Source: an uncultured Candidatus Binatia bacterium
GTDB taxonomy: Bacteria; Desulfobacterota; Binatia; UBA9968; JAJDTQ01
Length of the DNA: 64,000 nt
NCBI GenBank assembly: GCA_965242525.1
Contig: OZ251459.1
Location: 3,648,001 to 3,712,000 of the forward strand
Reading direction: 5' to 3'
Shown here: positions 46,257 through 56,179 of the stretch, piece by piece
Position numbering within the stretch: the first letter of the stretch is position 1
Layout: every line of letters starts with the position of its first letter
Notes under the pieces: model-generated
Databases searched by the model: none
Seen by the model: only the letters and a program-made list of their open reading frames with translations
What the model was told of the DNA's origin: nothing
Program-made: the position numbers and the translations under genes

Positions 46257-47237
46257 TCAGTCCTTGGTCAGGAACCACGTGACCAGGCTGTTGAACTCCT
46301 GCCACTGGTCCAGCCACAGGAAATGGTTGGCCTTGTCGAACACGTGCATCTGGGCGTCGGGGATGCGCTTGTACAGCGCCAGGCCCGGGTCCACCCCCTT
46401 GTTGGAGTTCTTGCCCCACACCACCAGGGTGGGCCGCCGGATGTCCTTCACGTGGTCCCGGATGTGCTTGCCGTCGAACGCGTACATGTCCGAGTGCCCC
46501 GCCAGGCCCTGGTCGCCCCAGTACTCCTTGCCCTTGTGGTCCATGTAGAGTTTGTTCCACTTCTTCGACAGGTCCATGAGGTAGTCGAGGAACTCCTCCG
46601 ACACCATGGACTTGTCGTGGAAGAAGACCCCCGCGTACTTCCGCAGCCCTTCCCGGGTGGTGGTCAACCCCTCCTTGGGCATCATGCTGTTGGGCTCGAA
46701 GACCTCCTTGAAGTAGGGCAGTTCGCCCGTGCCCACCGGCGTCTTCACCCCGTCGATCTCCACGAACTCCCGGGAGGAGGCTTCGCCCTCGGTCTTGAGG
46801 GCCGAGCCCGCGGTGCTGCCGCTGTCGATGAGTATGAGCTTCTTCACCAGGTCCGGCCGCTTGAGGGTGATGTAGGTGACGATCCAGCCCCCCTGGGACT
46901 GGCCGGCCAGGTTGACGGGGCCGAGACCCAGCTCTTCGATGAAGCTGATGACGTGCTCGGCGCGCACCCGCACGTGGCCCAGCATGTCCAGGTCCCGGGG
47001 CGGGTCGGTGTCGCCGTGGCCCAGCTCGTCGATGGCATAGACGTGGAAGCGCTCGGACAGCGGGATGACGTTGGGATACCACCTGTAGAGGCCCATGCCC
47101 ACCTCGATGGAGCCGCCGTGCACCAGCAACAGCCGGTCCGCGTCCTTGTCGCCGGCCTCCACGTAATGGGTCCTGTAACCGTCCGCGGTCACGAACTTGC
47201 TCTCGAACTTGTCGGGGCTGTTGAACAGGGTCTCCAC
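46257..47237 (-). CDS. Alpha/beta hydrolase (MhpC/BphD-like)
   Basis: VHGG, GQSQGG, ANHFLWLD. Confidence 0.9.
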   Translation of the reverse strand: METLFNSPDKFESKFVTADGYRTHYVEAGDKDADRLLLVHGGSIEVGMGLYRWYPNVIPLSERFHVYAIDELGHGDTDPPRDLDMLGHVRVRAEHVISFIEELGLGPVNLAGQSQGGWIVTYITLKRPDLVKKLILIDSGSTAGSALKTEGEASSREFVEIDGVKTPVGTGELPYFKEVFEPNSMMPKEGLTTTREGLRKYAGVFFHDKSMVSEEFLDYLMDLSKKWNKLYMDHKGKEYWGDQGLAGHSDMYAFDGKHIRDHVKDIRRPTLVVWGKNSNKGVDPGLALYKRIPDAQMHVFDKANHFLWLDQWQEFNSLVTWFLTKD

Positions 47238-47273
47238 GGCTTCCTCCTGTGCGGTTTGCGGGGCGGCGCGCCC

Positions 47274-48260
47274 TCAGTTCCTGGACAGGTACCAAGTGAC
47301 CAGGCTGACGAAATCCTTCGGGTGGTCGAGCCACAGGAAGTGGTTGGCCTTGTCGAAGATATGGAGCTGCGCATCCGGGATGCGCTTGTACAGGGCCAGT
47401 CCGGGGTCCACGCCCTTGTTGGAGTTCTTGGCCCAGATGACCAGGGTCGGGGTGCGGATCTCGTGGACCCGGTCCCGGATGTGCGCGCCGTCCACGTAGA
47501 ACTCCCTGGAATGCTCCCTCATGCTGGTCTTCTCCCAGAACTCCTTGCCCTTGTGGGTGAAGTAGAGGTCGTTCCACTTCTTCGAGAACTCGTAGAGGTG
47601 CTCGACCCATTCGTCGGTCACCATGGACTTGTCGTAGATGTAGGTTCCCACGAACTTGCGGATGCCTTCGCGGGTGGTGGTCAACCCCTCCTTGGGGTGC
47701 ATGGTGCCCTCTTCGAACACCTCCTTCATGTACGGCAGCACCCCGTCCCCGACCGGGACCCTGGCCCCGTCCACCTCCACCTCCCCGGGCGCGTCGGACT
47801 CGCCGCCGGTGTCCAGGGCCGAGCCCGCGGTGCTGCCGCTGTCGATGAGCACCAGCTTCTTCACCAGGTCCGGCCGCTTGATGGTGATGTAGGTGACGAT
47901 CCAGCCGCCGGTGGACTGGCCCACCAGGTTGACGGGCCCGAGCCCCAGGGTCTCGATGAAACGGATGACGTGCTCGGCGCGCACCCGGGGCCGCCAGAGG
48001 TCTGCGGTGTCCCGGGGCGGGTCGGTCTCGCCGTGGCCCAGCTCGTCGATGGCATAGACGTGGAACTTCTCCGCCAGGGGCAGGACCACCGGGTACCAGC
48101 GGTACAGGTCCATGCCGATGTCGATGCCGCCGCCGTGCACCAGCAGCAGGCTGTCCGGGTTGCCCTTGCCCGCCTCCACGTAGTGGGTGCGGTAGCCGTC
48201 CACCGCGGCGAAGCAGCTCTCGAACTTGTCGGGACTGTTGAACAGGGTTGGCGTCTCCAT
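47274..48260 (-). CDS. Alpha/beta hydrolase, close paralogue of 46257-47237
   Basis: VHGG, GQSTGG, ANHFLWLD; long identical peptide blocks shared with its neighbour. Confidence 0.9.
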   Translation of the reverse strand: METPTLFNSPDKFESCFAAVDGYRTHYVEAGKGNPDSLLLVHGGGIDIGMDLYRWYPVVLPLAEKFHVYAIDELGHGETDPPRDTADLWRPRVRAEHVIRFIETLGLGPVNLVGQSTGGWIVTYITIKRPDLVKKLVLIDSGSTAGSALDTGGESDAPGEVEVDGARVPVGDGVLPYMKEVFEEGTMHPKEGLTTTREGIRKFVGTYIYDKSMVTDEWVEHLYEFSKKWNDLYFTHKGKEFWEKTSMREHSREFYVDGAHIRDRVHEIRTPTLVIWAKNSNKGVDPGLALYKRIPDAQLHIFDKANHFLWLDHPKDFVSLVTWYLSRN

Positions 48261-48354
48261 GGGACCCTCCCTCACCGGCACGGTCTGCACGGCGCCCGAA
48301 CCCGCGCCGGAGCGGGAGGCCCCGGAGCGGGTTCGGCGGAACCGTTTACACCGT

Positions 48355-49905
48355 TTACTTGTCCAGCCAGGCGTGCGACACGCCCCCCTCCGACCACCGG
48401 ATGTCGCCGCGGCAGTTGGTCTTCATGCCCTTCAGGTGCGCGCGGCTCGCCTGGAAGATCGGCAGGTGCCCCAGGAACAGGTGCGGCAGGTCCCGGTTGA
48501 TCATGTCGAGAGCCTTGCGGTACATGACCCTCCGCTGCGCGGAGTCCCGGCTCTGGCGCGCTTTCTCCACCAGCTCGTCGTACTCGGGCAGGTTCCACCT
48601 GGCGTAGTTGTTCCTCTGGCCGGACTGGAAGAACCGGTAGTACAGGCCGTCGGGGTCCGGGACGTAGGTGAGGTGGCCGGGGTTCACGTCGAACTCGCCC
48701 TTCCCCTGCCTCGACCGATGGGCCGCCCGGTCCATCACCTGGAACTTCAGGTTGATGCCGACCTTCTTGAGCTGCGCCTGGGCCAGCGTAGCCAGGTTCA
48801 GGATGACGGTCTCGTTGCGGACGATGGTGACCAGGTCCAGCCCCTTCTCGTGGCCCGCGGCCTTCAGCAACTCCCGGGCCTTGTCCAGGTTCGCCTCCCG
48901 GTAGGGGTCCGGGACGTCCTCGAAGTACCAAGTGGAACCCGGATAGTAGGGCTGCGCTTCCGGCGTGGCGATGCCCCAGGTGAGCCCGTCCATCAGCCCC
49001 TTCTTGTCGATGGCGTAGGCGATGGCCTGACGCAGCCGGATGTCCTTCAGGGGACCCTTGGACAGGTTGAGGTTGAGGTAGAACCAGCGCGCCCCGGGCT
49101 TGAAGGAAGGCGTGACGCCCTTGGGCGGGTTGGCCCGTATGGGCTGCAACTGCTCGAACGGCACCGTCCACACCCAGTCCACGTCCGCGGTCCTCAAGGA
49201 CGTGTAGCGCACGGTGTCGTCGGTGATGGGCCTCAGTATGACCTCGTCCACGAAGGGGAGTTGGTTCCCCTTGGCGTCCTTCTTCCAGTAGTCCTCGAAC
49301 CGTTTCACCTTGACGTACTGCTTGGGCTTCCACTCGACGAACTCGAACGGACCCGTGCCGATGGGATGCGGCGGCTTGGACTCGAAGCTGTCCGAGTGGG
49401 TGATGAACGCCACCAGCGGACGGAACTTGACCAGGAACCCGGCGTCCGGCGCCTTGAGCGTGAACTTCACCCGGTACTTGTCCACCACCTCGATGTCCGA
49501 GATGGAGTTGAAGTTGCCCCGCCGGGGGGACTTGGTCTCCTTGTCCAGGAAGTGCTCGTAGTTCTTCTTGACGTCCTCGGCCGTAAGCTCCTTGCCGTTG
49601 TGGAACTTGACGCCCTTGCGCAGCAGGAAGGTGTATTCCTTGCCGTCCGGGGAGACCTCCCAGGACTCGGCCAGGCCCGGCACGATGTCGCACTTCTCGT
49701 CGTAGTCCACCAGGCTCTCGGCCACCAGGATGCCCATCTGGGCCGTGGGGTTGCCGACGGTCCGGTGCAGGTCCGGGGTGTGCAGGTCGGCGTACATGCC
49801 GAGGTTCAGGGTCCCGCCGTACTTCTGGGCCGCGCCTTCGTCGGGCGCCCCCAAGCCCAAAGCCACCAGCAGGGCGGCCAATGACAGGGAAAGTTTCGTA
49901 ACCAT
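48355..49905 (-). CDS. ABC transporter substrate-binding protein, peptide/nickel family 5
   Basis: Signal peptide; PGLAESWEVS, LRKGVKFHNG, PIGTGPF. Confidence 0.95.
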   Translation of the reverse strand: MVTKLSLSLAALLVALGLGAPDEGAAQKYGGTLNLGMYADLHTPDLHRTVGNPTAQMGILVAESLVDYDEKCDIVPGLAESWEVSPDGKEYTFLLRKGVKFHNGKELTAEDVKKNYEHFLDKETKSPRRGNFNSISDIEVVDKYRVKFTLKAPDAGFLVKFRPLVAFITHSDSFESKPPHPIGTGPFEFVEWKPKQYVKVKRFEDYWKKDAKGNQLPFVDEVILRPITDDTVRYTSLRTADVDWVWTVPFEQLQPIRANPPKGVTPSFKPGARWFYLNLNLSKGPLKDIRLRQAIAYAIDKKGLMDGLTWGIATPEAQPYYPGSTWYFEDVPDPYREANLDKARELLKAAGHEKGLDLVTIVRNETVILNLATLAQAQLKKVGINLKFQVMDRAAHRSRQGKGEFDVNPGHLTYVPDPDGLYYRFFQSGQRNNYARWNLPEYDELVEKARQSRDSAQRRVMYRKALDMINRDLPHLFLGHLPIFQASRAHLKGMKTNCRGDIRWSEGGVSHAWLDK

Positions 49906-50013
49906 GAGGTCCCTCCTTCCTGGGTTCCTTGCCGCCGTTGTCGAACTCCCAAAGCCGGACGTGAAGCCGCTACTTACTAGAATTCGACCCCTCCGTCCAC
50001 CACTATCTCGACG

Positions 50014-50964
50014 CTACTCCAGGGTGATCCTGGGGTTGGCGTACTTGTAGAGTATGTCCACGAAGAAGTTCACCGCCACGAAGATCACCGCGAAGATCAG
50101 GATGAGGGCCTGGACCAGTGGATAGTCCCGGCTGTACACCGCGCCCACCACCAGGCTGCCCACCCCGGGCCAGGCGAACACGTGCTCGACGATGACCGTG
50201 CCCCCGAGCAGCCGGCCGAACTGGAGGCCGATGACGGTGATGACCGGCACCAGCGCGTTCTTGAGCGTGTGCTTGAAGATGACCCGGCTCTCGGCCATGC
50301 CCTTGGCCCGGGCCGTGCGCACGTATTCCTTGCCGATCTCCTCCAGCATCTCCGAGCGGGTCATGCGCGCCACGATGGCGGCCATGCCCGTGCCCAGAGT
50401 GATGGAGGGGAGGATCAGGTAGGAGAGCGTGGTCCAGGGAGCGGCGAAGGAAGCCTCGTACCCGGACGCCGGCAGGATGGGCAGATACAGGCTGAAGGCG
50501 AGGATCAGCAGGATGCCCAGCCAGAAGTTGGGGATGGAGATTCCCAGGAGCGCGAACGACATGGCGGTGTAGTCGCTGGCGGTGTTGCGCCGGATGGCGG
50601 CGATGACCCCGGCCGGGATGGCGATCAGGATGGACACGATAGTAGAGAAGATGGTCAGCAGGATGGTGGCCGGGAAGCGTTCGGCGATCAGGGCCAGGTT
50701 CGACCTCTGGTAATGGATGGACTCGCCGAAGTCGCCCACGAGGATCTTTCCGATCCAGGCGAAGTACTGCACGTACAGCGGCTTGTCGAGACCCAGGAAC
50801 TGCTCGAACATGGCCCGCACCGAGGGGTCGTCCAGGTCCTCTTCCGCGAAGATGTAGTCCACCGGGTCGCCCGGTATCAGGTGCAGCAGCGAGAACACGA
50901 TCACCGACACCAGGAACAGGACGGGGACCAGGATCAGCAGGCGGTTGACGATGTATTGGCGCAA
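50014..50964 (-). CDS. ABC permease, DppB/OppB-like
   Basis: GDFGES, EYVRTARAKG EAA loop, RDYP; TTG start after GAGGAAGG. Confidence 0.93.
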   Translation of the reverse strand: MRQYIVNRLLILVPVLFLVSVIVFSLLHLIPGDPVDYIFAEEDLDDPSVRAMFEQFLGLDKPLYVQYFAWIGKILVGDFGESIHYQRSNLALIAERFPATILLTIFSTIVSILIAIPAGVIAAIRRNTASDYTAMSFALLGISIPNFWLGILLILAFSLYLPILPASGYEASFAAPWTTLSYLILPSITLGTGMAAIVARMTRSEMLEEIGKEYVRTARAKGMAESRVIFKHTLKNALVPVITVIGLQFGRLLGGTVIVEHVFAWPGVGSLVVGAVYSRDYPLVQALILIFAVIFVAVNFFVDILYKYANPRITLE

Positions 50965-51002
50965 CGCAGTCCTTCCTCGTCCGGTTCCGGCCCTTCCCTG
51001 CC

Positions 51003-51974
51003 CTAACGCAGGTGGCAGGCCACCTGGCGTCCTCCCGCCTTCCCCTGCAACCGCGGCTCTTCCTCGCCGCACACGGGTTCGGCCACCGGGCAGCGTCCCC
51101 GGAAGACGCATCCCCGGGGCCGGTCGATGAGGTTCACCATCTCGCCCTCGAGCACGCGGGGTCGAAAGGCCCGGCTCGGGTCCGGCTCCGGGATGGCCGA
51201 CACCAGCGCTTCCGTGTAGGGGTGCATGGGCTTGTGGAACAGGTCGTCCACCGGCCCCATCTCCACGATCTTGCCGCCGTACATGACCGCCACGCGCTCG
51301 CAGAAGTACTCCACCACGCTCAGGTCGTGGGCGATGAACAGGTAGGTCAACCCCCGGGTCCGTTGCAGCCTGCGGAAGAGGTTGAGGATCTGCGCGCGCA
51401 CCGACACGTCCAGGGCCGACACCGCCTCGTCGGCGATGATGACGTCCGGCTCCAGCGACATGGCCCGGGCGATGCTGACGCGCTGGCGTTGTCCGCCGCT
51501 GAACTCGTGGGGGTAGCGGTCCCGGTGCTCCGCCTGGAGCCCCACCAGCTCCAGGAGCTCCACCACCCGGTCCCGCACCTGCCCGGCGGGGACCACGCGG
51601 TGGAGCTTGAGGGGGTTGCCGAGGATGTCCCGCACCCGCATGCGGGGGTTCAGGGAGGTGTAGGGGTCCTGGAACACCATCTGGATGCGGCGGCGGAACT
51701 TGTGGAAGTCCGCCCGGGACAACCCCAGGATCTCCTGTCCGTCGAAGTGCACCTTGCCCCGGGTGGCGTCCACCAGCCGGGTGATGAGCCGGGCGGTGGT
51801 GGACTTGCCGCTGCCGCTCTCGCCCACCAGGCCGAAGGTCTCGCCTTTGCCGATGGAGAAGTTGACCCCGTCCACCGCCTTGAGCTCGGCGCCGCTGCCG
51901 CCGAACAGCGAGAAGAACGACTTCATGGAGAAGTACTTGGCCAGGTCGTCCACTCTCAGGATCTCTTCCCGCAT
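51003..51974 (-). CDS. ABC ATP-binding protein, DppF/OppF-like
   Basis: GESGSGKST, FSGGQRQR, HPYT, C-terminal CxFxxRC...CH. Confidence 0.95.
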   Translation of the reverse strand: MREEILRVDDLAKYFSMKSFFSLFGGSGAELKAVDGVNFSIGKGETFGLVGESGSGKSTTARLITRLVDATRGKVHFDGQEILGLSRADFHKFRRRIQMVFQDPYTSLNPRMRVRDILGNPLKLHRVVPAGQVRDRVVELLELVGLQAEHRDRYPHEFSGGQRQRVSIARAMSLEPDVIIADEAVSALDVSVRAQILNLFRRLQRTRGLTYLFIAHDLSVVEYFCERVAVMYGGKIVEMGPVDDLFHKPMHPYTEALVSAIPEPDPSRAFRPRVLEGEMVNLIDRPRGCVFRGRCPVAEPVCGEEEPRLQGKAGGRQVACHLR

Positions 51975-51981
51975 ACGGTCC

Positions 51982-52950
51982 TCAAGCCGTGTGGAGATGG
52001 CACGCCACGTGACGGCCCTCCAGCGGGGCGAGCCTCGGGTCTTCCCGGGCGCACACGTCCATGGCCTGGGCGCACCGGGGACGGAAGTTGCAGCCCGCGG
52101 GCGGGTCCAGCAGGTTGCACACCACCCCCGGTATGGGGTCCAGCAGCCGGTCGCGCTCGCCCCGCCGGGGCAGCGCCCGCAGCAGGCCTTGGGTATAGGG
52201 GTGGAGCGGGTTCTCGAAGATGGACTTCCGGTCCGCCAGCTCCACGATGTGGCCCGCGTACATGACCGCGATGCGGTCGCACAGGACCGCGGCCACGCCG
52301 AGGTCGTGGGTGATGAAGATCAGAGACTTGCCCAACTGCCCCAGCAGCTCGCGCAGGAGGTCGAGGATCTGGGCCTGGATGGTCACGTCCAGGGCGGTGG
52401 TGGGCTCGTCCGCGATCAGCAGGTCCGGGTTGCACGCCAGCGCGATGGCGATCATCACGCGCTGGCGCATGCCCCCGCTGAACTCGTGGGGATAGCTTTC
52501 GAGCCGCTCCCTGGGGTTGGGGATGCCCACCTTGTGGAGCATCTCCTCGGCGCGCCGGTAGGCTTCCTTCCGGCGCAGCTTCTCGTGGATCACGTACCCT
52601 TCCGCCACCTGGTCGCCCACGGTGTACGCCGGGTTCAGCGCCACCATGGGCTCCTGGAAGATCATGGAGATGCGGCTGCCCCGGTAGGAACGCATCTCCT
52701 GCTCGGTCTTGGCCAGCAGGTCCTCGCCCTCGAACCGGATCTGTCCCCGGGTGATCCGGCCAGGCGGTTGGGGCACGAGCCGCATGAGCGACAGGGCCAG
52801 GACGCTCTTGCCCGAGCCGGTCTCTCCCACGATGCCCAGGGTCTGCCGCTCCTCCAGTTGGAACGAGACCCGGTCCACCGCGGTGAGGACGCCCTTGCGG
52901 AGGAAGAAGCGGGTCTCCAGGTCCCTCACGTCCAGAAGCGGCTCAGGCAC
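51982..52950 (-). CDS. ABC ATP-binding protein, DppD/OppD-like
   Basis: [24 protein letters not shown]. Confidence 0.95.
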   Translation of the reverse strand: MPEPLLDVRDLETRFFLRKGVLTAVDRVSFQLEERQTLGIVGETGSGKSVLALSLMRLVPQPPGRITRGQIRFEGEDLLAKTEQEMRSYRGSRISMIFQEPMVALNPAYTVGDQVAEGYVIHEKLRRKEAYRRAEEMLHKVGIPNPRERLESYPHEFSGGMRQRVMIAIALACNPDLLIADEPTTALDVTIQAQILDLLRELLGQLGKSLIFITHDLGVAAVLCDRIAVMYAGHIVELADRKSIFENPLHPYTQGLLRALPRRGERDRLLDPIPGVVCNLLDPPAGCNFRPRCAQAMDVCAREDPRLAPLEGRHVACHLHTA

Positions 52951-53863
52951 TGCCGGACCTCTCTTCGCTCAGGCGCGGGTCCAGGACGTCCCGGAGGCCG
53001 TCCCCCAGGAGGTTGAGGCCCAGCACCGAGAAGCAGATGGCCAGTCCCGGAAAGATGGCCGCCCAGGGATAGAACTCCATGGTGGAGCGGGCCGCGTGCA
53101 GGATGCTCCCCCAGCTCGGGGTCGGCGGCGGCACGCCGATGCCCAGGAAGCTCAGGGACGCTTCGGCGATGATGGCGTGGGCGAAGTCGAGGGTGGCCTG
53201 CACGAGGACCGGGGCCATGCAGTTGGGCAGGATCTGGCGGAACAGCACCCGCAGGTTCGACTCGCCCTGCACCATGGCCGCTTCCACGTATTCCTTCTCC
53301 CGCTCCTTGAGCACCGAGGCCCGGACCAGGCGAGCGAAGTTCGGCGTGTAGCGAATGGCCAGGGCGATGCACACGTTGGTGAGGGACGCGCCCAGGGCGG
53401 ACATCATGGCGATGGCCAGCAACAGCCCCGGGAACGCCATCACCGCGTCCATGACCCGCATGAGGGCGTTGTCCAGGGTCCTTCCGGCAAAGCCCGCCAC
53501 CGCCCCCAGGAAGATCCCCGCGGCCAGGGCGAGGGTGACCGAGCCCACCCCCGCGATGACCGAGATGCGCGCGCCGTAAACCACGCGCGAGAAGATGTCG
53601 CGGCCGAAGGTGTCCGTGCCGAAGGGATGGTCCGGGGAGAGGGGCGCCAGCCGCGCCGTCAGGTCCACGTGGTCGGGGTCGTAGAGGGCGATCTGGGGAG
53701 CGAAGGCCGCGACCACGAAGACGAACGCCACGAAGCAGAGGCCCGCCACCGCCATGCGGTTCTCCGAGAACCGGACGAACCAGTCCCGGACCGAAGCGAA
53801 GACGCCGCCGACGCGGCCGAGCCCGGTGACGGATGCCGCTTCGGCGCTCACGCCATTGGACAT
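52943..53863 (-). CDS. ABC permease, DppC/OppC-like
   Basis: HPFGTDTFGRD, EYVEAA, SLSFLGIG, GDGLRDVLDPR. Confidence 0.93.
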   Translation of the reverse strand: MSNGVSAEAASVTGLGRVGGVFASVRDWFVRFSENRMAVAGLCFVAFVFVVAAFAPQIALYDPDHVDLTARLAPLSPDHPFGTDTFGRDIFSRVVYGARISVIAGVGSVTLALAAGIFLGAVAGFAGRTLDNALMRVMDAVMAFPGLLLAIAMMSALGASLTNVCIALAIRYTPNFARLVRASVLKEREKEYVEAAMVQGESNLRVLFRQILPNCMAPVLVQATLDFAHAIIAEASLSFLGIGVPPPTPSWGSILHAARSTMEFYPWAAIFPGLAICFSVLGLNLLGDGLRDVLDPRLSEERSGSA

Positions 53864-53997
53864 AGGAAAGCTCCCGCGGTCCCTGAGCCAACGTACCCGT
53901 AAGCTCCATATCGCCTTCCCGCAACCCCCGTCAAGGACAAACGCCAAGCCGGGCAGCCGAAGCCGCAAGACGGGTTCGCCAGCGCCGTCCAGGTGGC

Positions 53998-54038
53998 TTG
54001 CATGACCTGTCGTTGGGGACTATCGTAACCGCCATGAC
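53998..54038 (+). promoter_or_regulatory. Probable leaderless promoter of the phd-vapC pair, with CATGAC direct repeats
   Basis: TTGCAT-17 bp-TATCGT, then ATG 7 nt later; CATGAC at 54001 and 54033. Confidence 0.5.
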
Positions 54039-54318
54039 TACGGTATCCGTTTCGGACTTGAAGGCGAACCTCTCGCGCTACCTGCGCGAGGTTCGTCGGG
54101 GCGGCGAGGTCCAGGTTCTCGATCGAGGCGCACCGGTAGCGAGACTGGTGCCTCCCGCAGGGGAAGACGATGGCGAGGGACTCCGAGGACGGCTGATCGG
54201 CGCGGGCCTTTTGCGGCCGGGCAAGGGAGGCGCCGCGGCCATCCTGGAGGAACCGCCGCTGGCGCTGCCGGTGAGCATCTCCGGCGCGTTGACCGAGGTT
54301 CGGAGCGATCGGTTGTGA
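54034..54318 (+). CDS. Phd/YefM family antitoxin
   Basis: VSVSDLKANLSRYLREVRRGGEVQVLDRGAPVARLVP. Confidence 0.9.
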   Translation: MTTVSVSDLKANLSRYLREVRRGGEVQVLDRGAPVARLVPPAGEDDGEGLRGRLIGAGLLRPGKGGAAAILEEPPLALPVSISGALTEVRSDRL

Positions 54319-54737
54319 GGTACCGGGATGCGTCCGCGATCGTCCCATTGGTCGTCGCCGAACCCGACAGCGAATTGGTCCGTACCTGGCTCTCGGAAGA
54401 CGACGGCATCGCCACGTGGGCATGGACGCGCACCGAGATCATCGCGGCCATAGAGCGGCGCACCCGCGAAGGGACGCTCTCACGGCAGCAGCGTCGTGAG
54501 GTCATAGAGCGGTTCGACGCCTTCGCCCGCAGTTGGGATGAAGTCACGGATGTCCTTGCCGTTCGGGCTCGGGCGACCGCGCTGTTGGCGCGGCATCCGC
54601 TGCGAGCCGCTGACGCGGGCCAGCTTGGCGCAGCCCTGCTGATCCAGGAACAACTTGCGGGAGCGCTCACGTTCGTCTGTCTGGACCGGCGGCTTTCGTC
54701 CGCGGCGGAGTTGGAAAGCCTGAGAGTGCTCCCGTAG
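54315..54737 (+). CDS. vapC: VapC PIN-domain toxin
   Basis: DASAIVPL, TEIIAA, LRAADA, LDRRL; GTGA overlap. Confidence 0.88.
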   Translation: MRYRDASAIVPLVVAEPDSELVRTWLSEDDGIATWAWTRTEIIAAIERRTREGTLSRQQRREVIERFDAFARSWDEVTDVLAVRARATALLARHPLRAADAGQLGAALLIQEQLAGALTFVCLDRRLSSAAELESLRVLP

Positions 54738-54893
54738 GTCCTGACGTTGCGGCGCGACCCGCCCAACCATTCCAAGGTGGGCAAAGAACCCTGACCTGCT
54801 TCACCTTGTGCTCCCCATCCCCTGCCCCAAGACCCCGTCAACGATTTTCCGGAAGTTTGCGATTCCGGGTAACCTTGGGTAACTTCGATTGAA

Positions 54894-56066
54894 ATGGACC
54901 CGCGACGCAATCCATACGCGCCCGGCGCCGGGACGCCGCCGCCGGAACTGGCGGGACGAGACGCGCTGATCGAAGACGCGGGCGTCGCGCTGGACCGTAT
55001 CCGCAACGGCCTGGCGGCCAAGAGCATGCTGATGGTGGGCTTGCGGGGCGTCGGCAAGACCGTGCTGCTCAACCGCATCTGCCACGACGCCCGGCGCCGG
55101 GGTTTCACCACGCTTCTGATGGAAGCGCCGGAAGAGCGGTCCCTGCCGGAGTTGTTGATCCCGCCGTTGCACGCCATGCTGGTGCGCATGAACCGCAGCG
55201 ACGCGGTGCGCCGGGCGCTCAGGGCGCTGGCGGGGTTCGTCAGCGCCGTCAAGGTGGGGCAGGGCGACGTCAACGTGAGCCTGGATCTCGCCCCGGAACC
55301 CGGCCTTGCGGACAGCGGCAACCTGGACGCCGACCTCACCGCGCTGGTGGAATCCGTGGGCGAGGCGGCCCGGGACCAGGACACGGCCGCGGCGCTCTTC
55401 ATCGACGAATTGCAGTACGTCCCGGAACGCGACTTGGCGGCGTTGATCGCCGCCCTGCACCGCGCCGCCCAAAGCCGGTTGCCGGTGACCCTGGTGGGAG
55501 CGGGCCTGCCGCAGCTCGTGGCCCGCACTGCCTCGGCCAAGTCCTACGCGGAGCGCCTCTTCACCTTCCCGGAGATCGGCCCCCTGGACGCCCGGTCCGC
55601 AAGCCTCGCCATCGAGGTGCCGGCGAAGCGTCTCGGCGTCGCCTTCCGACCGGAGGCCCTGACGACGGTGTTGCAGGATACCCGATGCTACCCGTACTTC
55701 CTGCAGGAGTGGGGCAAGCACTGCTGGGACTGCGCCTCGTCGTCCCCGGTGACGCGAGCCGATGTCGAGGCTGCCGGCCGCCAAGCCGCCGCAGAACTGG
55801 ACGCCAGCTTCTTCCGCGCCCGCTTCGACCGCCTGGCCCCCTCCGAGAAACGGTACCTCCGGGCCATGGCCAAGCTCGGCGAAGGCCCGCACCGTTCGGG
55901 TGAAGTCGCCCGCGTCCTCGCCCGGTCCGTGCGCACGATGGCTCCCACCCGCGCCAAGCTCATCCACAAGGGCATGATCTACAGCCCCGCCCACGGAGAC
56001 ACCGCCTTTACCGTGCCCCTGTTCGACGCCTACCTGCGCCGGGTGGTCCCGTTCCCGGAACCGTAG
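54894..56066 (+). CDS. AAA_16 family ATPase with C-terminal wHTH
   Basis: NPYAPGAG..P..LAGRD, GLRGVGKT, FIDELQ, SYAERLF. Confidence 0.9.
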   Translation: MDPRRNPYAPGAGTPPPELAGRDALIEDAGVALDRIRNGLAAKSMLMVGLRGVGKTVLLNRICHDARRRGFTTLLMEAPEERSLPELLIPPLHAMLVRMNRSDAVRRALRALAGFVSAVKVGQGDVNVSLDLAPEPGLADSGNLDADLTALVESVGEAARDQDTAAALFIDELQYVPERDLAALIAALHRAAQSRLPVTLVGAGLPQLVARTASAKSYAERLFTFPEIGPLDARSASLAIEVPAKRLGVAFRPEALTTVLQDTRCYPYFLQEWGKHCWDCASSSPVTRADVEAAGRQAAAELDASFFRARFDRLAPSEKRYLRAMAKLGEGPHRSGEVARVLARSVRTMAPTRAKLIHKGMIYSPAHGDTAFTVPLFDAYLRRVVPFPEP

Positions 56067-56179
56067 CCGGCCGCCGCCGGCGGGATGCAGGAGGCTGTCG
56101 GGCGTCACGTGGCGCAGCCCTTGAACCGAGGCGTTGCCGGACGAGGCGGGCTGTTGACTATCGGGGAAGATGGGATAAC

